A stretch of 50,026 bases of DNA, from positions 1 through 50,026 of the IMG/VR virus record IMGVR_UViG_3300010413_000052; one strand, 5' to 3'. The notes beneath the pieces are model-generated. The model made no database searches. It worked only from the letters and a program-made list of their open reading frames with translations, and was not told the DNA's origin. The DNA comes from a virus. Taxonomy: Duplodnaviria; Caudoviricetes. A program made the translations under genes and the position numbers. Within the stretch, counting starts at the first letter, position 1, and every line of letters begins with the position of its first letter. This document shows positions 43,658 to 50,026 of the stretch, one piece after another.

Positions 43658-44683
43658 TTAAAAAACCTTACTTAATGATAAAATATCTGATTGAGAATAT
43701 TGTTGTCCGAGATCAGACCAAATTTGACCATAATCTATTGATCTAAAAATATGTCCATTATTATTTGAACCAGCTAAACAAATTCCATTTCCTAAATATT
43801 CTAAAGATTCTATTCTTATTTCAGAACCTTGTTGACCTAAATCTGACCATGTTGCACCATAATCTATTGATCGTAATATTTTGCCATGATCATAAGTACC
43901 AGCTAAACAAATTCCATTTTTTACTTTTTTTAAAGATAAATGTTCAAGTTCAGAAGCTTGTTGCCCAAGATCGGACCATGTGACACCATAATTTATTGAC
44001 CTAAAAATTTTACCTGTTAACCCTCCACCAGCTAAACAAATTCCATTTCCTAAATATTCTAAAGAAGCAATATATGTAGGACCATAATTACCTAAATCTG
44101 ACCATGTTGCACCATAATCTGTTGATCGTAATATTTTACCTGCCAATCCCGTACCAGCTAAACAAATTCCATTTCCTAAACAAGTTAAACTCAGTATTCT
44201 ATCCTGTGAATATTGTTGTCCAAGATCAGACCAATTTTGACCAAAGTCTGTTGATCTAAAAATTTTACCTAAAGGATATGATCCAGCTAAACAAATACCA
44301 TTACCAACATACGCTAAAGATAGTATCATTTGTTCAGATGCTTGTTGACCTAAATCTGACCATGTTGCACCATAATCTGTTGATCGTAATATTTTACCTG
44401 CCAATCCCGTACCAGCTAAACAAATTCCATTTCCTAAACAAGTTAAACTCGATATTCTGTTTTGACTTCCTTGTTGACCTAAATCTGACCATGTTGCACC
44501 ATAATCTGTTGATCGTAATATTTTACCTCCGTTTTGTGTACCAGCTATAATTATTGAATATAATTTTTCAAAAAGACCAGAACCATTTCCTATAACAGTT
44601 CTATAACCACCAGAAATTACTTTCTTAGGAGGAATTAAACCTTTTCCGTTTGGTTTAATATTATTTCCAATAAAAGAGACCAT
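43658..44683 (-). CDS. Stand-alone 7-blade BNR/Asp-box beta-propeller protein
   Basis: Seven ~43-aa LAGxxxxGKIxRSxDYGxTWSDLGQQ repeats; probable start MVSFIG just after the upstream stop. Confidence 0.85.
   Translation of the reverse strand: MVSFIGNNIKPNGKGLIPPKKVISGGYRTVIGNGSGLFEKLYSIIIAGTQNGGKILRSTDYGATWSDLGQQGSQNRISSLTCLGNGICLAGTGLAGKILRSTDYGATWSDLGQQASEQMILSLAYVGNGICLAGSYPLGKIFRSTDFGQNWSDLGQQYSQDRILSLTCLGNGICLAGTGLAGKILRSTDYGATWSDLGNYGPTYIASLEYLGNGICLAGGGLTGKIFRSINYGVTWSDLGQQASELEHLSLKKVKNGICLAGTYDHGKILRSIDYGATWSDLGQQGSEIRIESLEYLGNGICLAGSNNNGHIFRSIDYGQIWSDLGQQYSQSDILSLSKVF
44090..44450. repeat. Identical 103-bp repeat pair within a 129-bp periodic array
   Basis: 44090-44192 equals 44348-44450 (offset 258 = 2 x 129). 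Confidence 0.85.
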
Positions 44684-44690
44684 ACCAACC

Positions 44691-44969
44691 TTAATACGAA
44701 ACCATAACCCGTCCAGTGTCTTCATTGACGCCACCTAAAAACATTACATAAACGTCAATATCCTCATCTGCTGCTATTACTGCACTATTCCCTTCAAACA
44801 AAACACCAAGTGTTTCATCAGTAGAAGTAGGAGCGGCTTGACCATCTTTTCTCCAAGTATGCATATATCTACCTGGTGTTTTTATATGTATAGTTCCAGA
44901 CTGAATTGCATCTGCAACCAGTGTCCAAGTTCTATCTGATATATTCACAAATGTAGGAGCATTTTCCAT
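44691..44969 (-). CDS. Small beta-rich hypothetical (possible virion) protein
   Basis: Starts immediately after the portal stop codon. Confidence 0.65.
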   Translation of the reverse strand: MENAPTFVNISDRTWTLVADAIQSGTIHIKTPGRYMHTWRKDGQAAPTSTDETLGVLFEGNSAVIAADEDIDVYVMFLGGVNEDTGRVMVSY

Positions 44970-46505
44970 CTAAACACCTGTTTTCTTCTGCCAAGGTATT
45001 TCAGGCATATCTGCCAATTCTCTCTTTAACCTCGCCCTATTTAATGCAGCATTTGATCCATTTGTTTCTCTCGCAATTCTCTCTTGAGTGGTAGCACCAA
45101 GTTCAATCTTAAGTTTCTCGCCTTGTGCATATTTTACCGGATCAATATGTGGTTTACTTCGACCAGTCCATTCACAATAAGACCATGCTTTTCTTAAAAA
45201 AGGATCTGACCATCCTGGACATTGAATCCTACCACGTGCAATTTCATTATCTAACCAAGTTATATAAATTATATCAAGAAAATCAGAAGCTAATTCATCA
45301 CGCCATATTTTGAGTATATCCCAAAACATAAGTATTGCAGCTTGACTGGCAGAATAATTACTATTAAAAGTCATTCTACCTATTTCAGGGGGCAAATTTA
45401 CAGATGAGTAAACTATTTCTTCTATTGCTTTATTAAAAGATGAAAAAGCTTCATTTGGTGAAGAAGGATCAAAACTTTTTAATTCTTCACCAGCATTTAA
45501 ACTCATTACACTTAATCCGCCAGTAGAAGCTACAGCTTCATCCATTCTCTTATAAGTAACCGGATCAACTGGTGGATTATCTTCTGCAGGTATAGAATCT
45601 TCTTCATACTCTGCTAAAGGACCAGCATTGTTTCCCATATCATCAAATATGTTTGTCGCTGGTGCATCTTTAGACGGTTTTACCCAAAGGTTCAATGATG
45701 CCTGAAGTCCTGCTTTAATAAGCTCAAAAATTTGATAATCTGCAAGAAGTTTACATTCTTGAAGCAAATGTGCTATTTGAGATAAACCCCTTACTTGACC
45801 AGAATAGTCAGGCATAAAACCATGAATAATCAAAGGTTTATTTCTTGAAGTATATTTTGGAAAAATAGCAACCTTTTTATCACTTACTCTAATTCTATAT
45901 TTATCTATAGCACCATATTCATTACGATGTACACCATTATCAAAACGGACACCATCTGTTATACCTTCTTCAAGTTGTGTAGGATCAAAGGTTCCAATTT
46001 TTATTTCACCATTAATATAATGAATACGTCCAAAATATTCACCATCTCTATGTTGACTTTTCATAAAGAAATTCTGAAGTTGATAAAAAGTCATACTTTC
46101 AGAAATATCTGAATCTTTACTTTTAGCCCATAAATGAAAACGCCTTTGAACATCTAAAGACCATTCGACTAATTGTTCAGGAGATCTATTTAAAAGTTCA
46201 GCTTGTGGTGCAGCTTCAAGAAAAAGTCCTGAACCTATCCCTAACATTGCATATCTATCAACAATTGATTTTGCAATTGTAGAATCATGATAAGCAATTC
46301 TTGCTTGTTTTAAAACTTTTTCAGTATCAAGCTTTAAACCACTTGCAGCATTGAGATTGCGCAGACCTTCAACGTACTTAGCACCAGACTCATAAGTGTT
46401 TCCTGTGTTAGGATATGAAGCGGAAACAGCAGGACCACGTTGCTGTATAGTCCACCTTTTTTTAGGTGTTTGTGGTATATCTTTTTTCCAGAATGCCAGC
46501 TTCAT
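44970..46505 (-). CDS. Portal protein, lambda family
   Basis: FYQLQ, DGEYF, GQVRGLS, L.AGE.L, NYSASQAA, IDPVK. Confidence 0.92.
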   Translation of the reverse strand: MKLAFWKKDIPQTPKKRWTIQQRGPAVSASYPNTGNTYESGAKYVEGLRNLNAASGLKLDTEKVLKQARIAYHDSTIAKSIVDRYAMLGIGSGLFLEAAPQAELLNRSPEQLVEWSLDVQRRFHLWAKSKDSDISESMTFYQLQNFFMKSQHRDGEYFGRIHYINGEIKIGTFDPTQLEEGITDGVRFDNGVHRNEYGAIDKYRIRVSDKKVAIFPKYTSRNKPLIIHGFMPDYSGQVRGLSQIAHLLQECKLLADYQIFELIKAGLQASLNLWVKPSKDAPATNIFDDMGNNAGPLAEYEEDSIPAEDNPPVDPVTYKRMDEAVASTGGLSVMSLNAGEELKSFDPSSPNEAFSSFNKAIEEIVYSSVNLPPEIGRMTFNSNYSASQAAILMFWDILKIWRDELASDFLDIIYITWLDNEIARGRIQCPGWSDPFLRKAWSYCEWTGRSKPHIDPVKYAQGEKLKIELGATTQERIARETNGSNAALNRARLKRELADMPEIPWQKKTGV

Positions 46506-46798
46506 TATCTACGCCTTGCTACCATCTGCATAATCCCCCTACCACGTAACAGATTATATTGATATTCCCTTTGTCTGTAGAGAATATCCACGGATTTTTG
46601 CATATCTTCAAGCTTACGGTTTACCGCACGTTGCGATCCATCCCCTGAATTAAATGAATATTCCTCTATATCTTTTGCTACTGCTGTTTCAATTGCAGTT
46701 TCTAAAGCCGTAATTTGAGCAGTTAAGGCCGTAATTCTTGCCTGAATTCTGGCTCGTCTAGTAGAGGATAACGTGAGCATGTAATATTTACATACCAC
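46505..46798 (-). CDS. Head completion/adaptor protein (gpW position)
   Basis: Helix-beta hairpin-helix pattern (EYSFNSGDGSQ) between TerL and portal. Confidence 0.65.
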   Translation of the reverse strand: MVCKYYMLTLSSTRRARIQARITALTAQITALETAIETAVAKDIEEYSFNSGDGSQRAVNRKLEDMQKSVDILYRQREYQYNLLRGRGIMQMVARRR

Positions 46799-46813
46799 GG
46801 TAATTTTTCAGTG

Positions 46814-48766
46814 TCAATTTTTTTCGTAAACACGTCGTTTGGTGCGCTGCACAAGAAAATCTAACACTGTACTGTGATTAATTCTCTGTATCTGACCGTC
46901 TGTTAAACCCCGGACTTTTGCGTCGGCCTTATGAGAATTCACTAATTTATCAAGAAATATATCCCCTGCGGCCATATTATAGACTTTTAAATCTAAAGCT
47001 TCATTTGATCTATGTCCTGGATGATAAAAAGATCCATCTGATAATCTCTCTTCTGCTCTTAATTGTTCAAAATATTCATCAGTATAATCACGAGGAAATT
47101 CACAAAAACCAGGACTTTGTATTTCTTTTGTTTCATCTTTTACTTTATTAAGATTATTATAAATATGATGTTTATAATAATTTGTACTAACTTCATATAA
47201 TAACATATCTTTTTGATCACCAGTTTTTGCTAAACGATATCTTCTAAAATAATCTGGTCCAGCTTCATCTATTCTTTTTTCTATTTTCTTTTTCTTAAGA
47301 AAATTATAACCTTTTAATGGATATGTAAATTGCCAAGTTCGACAAAAATCATAAACAATATGCGCATTATAACCACTATCAATTAATATAAGACTAATTG
47401 GAAACCTCATTCCATCATCACGATAAAATGATCCTTTAATACTTCCAAACCAAAAAGTCAGCTCTTTCCATGCACCACTACCAATATCATCTATTTCACC
47501 TTCTATTACTTTATGTAAAATACTCCAAGTCCTAAAACCCCTACCGTGTCCACACACCTCAAGTTCAAGTCTGGCATTTTTACCTTCTTCTGATGCCTGA
47601 CCCTTTTGAACATCTACTGCCATGGTTAAAAAAAGCACTCCATCTGGAACATCACCAGATTTATAATTACTTCTTAGGTTTTGAAGTTTAGAAAGTTGTG
47701 GTCTAACTCCTTGTTCTTTATACGGCAATCCTAAATAAAGATTTGTAAACCCTCGCATACCGTCTATATTGTCTTGCGCCTTAAGAAAAAGTTCATACAT
47801 ACTGAACCATGTTATCATTCCAATTGGAGAATAAAGCGTAGATATATGATACGAACGGAAAGTTTTTGATTTAGATTTAGCTGTAGGACGCCATTCACCT
47901 TTTTTTAATAATTCTGTTTTATGGTGATTATAAAGTTTTTGTTTACAATGTGGGCATTCATAATAAACATCAAAAAGAATTCCTTGCTTATAAATCGGTC
48001 TGATATGATCCCACTCTAGAACTTGATAAACTCCACAATGTAAACAAGGTACAAAAAACTTTCTCTGATCACCATATTCAAATTGTTTAAATATTTCTGA
48101 TGCATTATATGTGGTAGGTGTTGATAAATCAAAAACTTTTCTTGTATTTTCATATGCATTTGTTCGTGCGTAACTCACATCTAACCAAAAACCCTCACCT
48201 GTTTTCGTTTGTGAAGGGGCGCCATCTATCTCATCACGGCCAAGAACTCTCTTAGATTCAGCTCTAAGGGACGGTGGACTTTGAGCACTTGCCATATCAA
48301 GAGTCCCACCAATGAACTCCTTGGAGTGTCCTTTGTCTGCTGACCGACGTGTTTTAAGGTCTACAGTGAAGTTATGTTGGATCTTATGCCGAAACCCGCA
48401 CGAATCTATACCTGGTTCCAAACGCCTATTAACCCACTTCTCAAGAAGTGCATCAGTAGCAGAAATGTACATTACGTTACTTGGTGCTTCATCCATATAA
48501 TAAAGGATCACATTTGTTAATGTTTCTGTGGCACCAACTTGTGCAGCTTTCATTAAAGCAATGTGCTGAATTGGTGAATGTGGTCCTAATGAATCCATCC
48601 ACTCTACAGCATATGGTGTACGATCGTTCGACCATGGTCCAGGATACGGTGAACCAGGAGGCATTATACGCTTATTCTGGACATATTCCGAAATCTTAAA
48701 TTGTGGTGGATCTGAAGGACGATTTTTTATTTGTTCTCTGAAATATTTAATATCTTGAAGCTGCAT
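46814..48766 (-). CDS. Terminase large subunit, lambda GpA family
   Basis: GPWSNDRTPY, KAAQVGATE, RDEID, STPT, GDQRKFFVPC.HCG, VDVQ, IDSG, NEALDL.VY. Confidence 0.95.
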   Translation of the reverse strand: MQLQDIKYFREQIKNRPSDPPQFKISEYVQNKRIMPPGSPYPGPWSNDRTPYAVEWMDSLGPHSPIQHIALMKAAQVGATETLTNVILYYMDEAPSNVMYISATDALLEKWVNRRLEPGIDSCGFRHKIQHNFTVDLKTRRSADKGHSKEFIGGTLDMASAQSPPSLRAESKRVLGRDEIDGAPSQTKTGEGFWLDVSYARTNAYENTRKVFDLSTPTTYNASEIFKQFEYGDQRKFFVPCLHCGVYQVLEWDHIRPIYKQGILFDVYYECPHCKQKLYNHHKTELLKKGEWRPTAKSKSKTFRSYHISTLYSPIGMITWFSMYELFLKAQDNIDGMRGFTNLYLGLPYKEQGVRPQLSKLQNLRSNYKSGDVPDGVLFLTMAVDVQKGQASEEGKNARLELEVCGHGRGFRTWSILHKVIEGEIDDIGSGAWKELTFWFGSIKGSFYRDDGMRFPISLILIDSGYNAHIVYDFCRTWQFTYPLKGYNFLKKKKIEKRIDEAGPDYFRRYRLAKTGDQKDMLLYEVSTNYYKHHIYNNLNKVKDETKEIQSPGFCEFPRDYTDEYFEQLRAEERLSDGSFYHPGHRSNEALDLKVYNMAAGDIFLDKLVNSHKADAKVRGLTDGQIQRINHSTVLDFLVQRTKRRVYEKN

Positions 48767-48797
48767 AAGATCTCTTATTGTTTACTGTAAACAACAC

Positions 48798-49055
48798 CTA
48801 TTCTTCGTCTTCATCATTACTATCGTCTTCATTAAGTTTATTAAAATTAGCTATTCCATATTCTCTATTTACAAATTCACTACAAAACAAATCTTCTCTC
48901 ATTTCTTTTATTTCCGATTTACTTCCTGGATCTCCAAAACAACAATCCGCATAATAAAACTGTTTCTTATTTTTATCTTTTTCTTTAATTATATGTTTGC
49001 AATCAAGATCCCACCAATAACAATTACAACAACTTTCACCTATAGGACCGGGCAT
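48798..49055 (-). CDS. Small Cys-rich hypothetical protein
   Basis: CCNCYWW...CC...FCSEF; RBS GGAGG. Confidence 0.65.
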   Translation of the reverse strand: MPGPIGESCCNCYWWDLDCKHIIKEKDKNKKQFYYADCCFGDPGSKSEIKEMREDLFCSEFVNREYGIANFNKLNEDDSNDEDEE

Positions 49056-49070
49056 TTTTATCCTCCGTTT

Positions 49071-49277
49071 TTAAAAAAACATTAAATCAAATAATTTATC
49101 ATAACAAGATCCACATAAATGCAATAAATCGGTATTTTTATAATTTTCTCCTTCTATTTCTAAATTCTCTCTATTTATTTCTACATAATCATTAGAACAA
49201 TTATTTTCACATTTATCACAATAAATAGATTTTATTACAGACTTATATACTCTTATTTGTTTAAATACTATTGTCAT
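49071..49277 (-). CDS. Small Zn-finger-like protein
   Basis: CDKC...LCGSC. Confidence 0.65.
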   Translation of the reverse strand: MTIVFKQIRVYKSVIKSIYCDKCENNCSNDYVEINRENLEIEGENYKNTDLLHLCGSCYDKLFDLMFF

Positions 49278-49875
49278 TTATTTCACCAGCTTCTATTTTA
49301 GATAAATAATCTGACATTATTCTTTTACAGTGTCCAAGTACATTCCACACTTCTTTATCTATTTTTTCTCTTACTTTTGCTATTACTTCAGGATCTTCTA
49401 CTCCACATATACTACATATTTCGGGTGATATTTTCGTTGCAAGTGGTATCAACTGACTTGAGTCTACTGACCACAATTTATTAAATATTTGTGAAACTGC
49501 TTTTCTATTTACAAGCTCACCACGAAACTTTTCATTCTTTAACTGCTTTTCTCTTATTGCTTCCCGTTCTTTTAAATTACGTAATTGACTAAAATCGTTT
49601 ATATCTTCTATCCCATCTAAACTAATTTCAGTTTCTTGTTTTGGTTTAGTTTTTCGTGCAGATCTTGGTTTAGGAACACTGGTTTGTGTATTTGCTTTAA
49701 TAATTTCCAATCCTTCTACATTAGTTGGATCTGTTATGTCATATTTTCCTTTATATGTTCCCTTTCCTACTTTAACAAGTAGACCTTTTTGTTCTGCGAT
49801 ACGGATTGTTTTCTCATCAATTCCGCACCTTTTTGCTAACCCTCTACCACTATAACAATTCTTATTTTTAGGCAT
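49261..49875 (-). CDS. Terminase small subunit (Nu1-like)
   Basis: N-terminal winged HTH (LAKRCGIDEKTIR), coiled coil and RGELV motif; upstream of TerL. Confidence 0.8.
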   Translation of the reverse strand: MPKNKNCYSGRGLAKRCGIDEKTIRIAEQKGLLVKVGKGTYKGKYDITDPTNVEGLEIIKANTQTSVPKPRSARKTKPKQETEISLDGIEDINDFSQLRNLKEREAIREKQLKNEKFRGELVNRKAVSQIFNKLWSVDSSQLIPLATKISPEICSICGVEDPEVIAKVREKIDKEVWNVLGHCKRIMSDYLSKIEAGEINDNSI

Positions 49876-50011
49876 ATAATTTTATTTTGCGGATTAAAAT
49901 GCGGAATGCAAATTTTAGTGCGGAATTAATAAACTATAAATATACTGTAATTCTACTCACATTAGAATTTTTGCGGTTCTGCTGGAATTCCGACACTAGT
50001 TTTTTTCTGCC

Positions 50012-50026
50012 CGGCGCGAACAACCT
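50012..50026. repeat. Terminal direct repeat, right copy
   Basis: Identical to 1-15. Confidence 0.9.

Noticed and set aside
43765-44550. Repeated + strand ORFs 43765-43983 and 44278-44550
   Set aside because: Their repetition simply mirrors the propeller repeats on the coding strand.
43658-44683. Propeller repeats as a diversity-generating retroelement TR/VR pair
   Set aside because: No reverse transcriptase ORF is recognisable, all repeat copies are coding, and there is no separate non-coding template copy.

Overview
The window looks like one complete ~50 kb, AT-rich tailed dsDNA phage genome. The same 15-mer (CGGCGCGAACAACCT) is at both ends, just upstream of the small terminase gene. The head module is lambda-like (TerS, GpA-type TerL, gpW, portal, S49 protease, decoration protein, gpE-type capsid). 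The tail is Mu-like and contractile (sheath, tube, chaperone with -1 frameshift, tape measure, gp43-gp47-like baseplate). The replication and nucleotide arm has a primase-helicase, family A DNA polymerase, SNF2-like helicase, PD-(D/E)xK exonuclease, RuvC-like resolvase, ThyX, dCMP deaminase, three nucleotide-hydrolase families, a radical-SAM-like protein and two DNA methyltransferases. I recognised no integrase, repressor, tRNA, CRISPR array or reverse transcriptase. The most unusual signals are: (1) a 270-bp in-register multi-box palindrome at 6137-6406 beside the primase-helicase (candidate origin); (2) an unannotated 49-aa ORF at 20102-20251 that aligns without gaps to the fingers helices of the phage's own PolA, whose motif B lacks the conserved Tyr; (3) a nucleotide-pool remodelling gene set with no recognisable PurZ or deazaguanine pathway; (4) two paralogous 7-blade BNR propellers and a CBM-like insertion in baseplate J; (5) duplicated terminator+promoter cassettes separating small leftward genes. 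All product calls come from motif recognition by eye and gene order; no database search was run.
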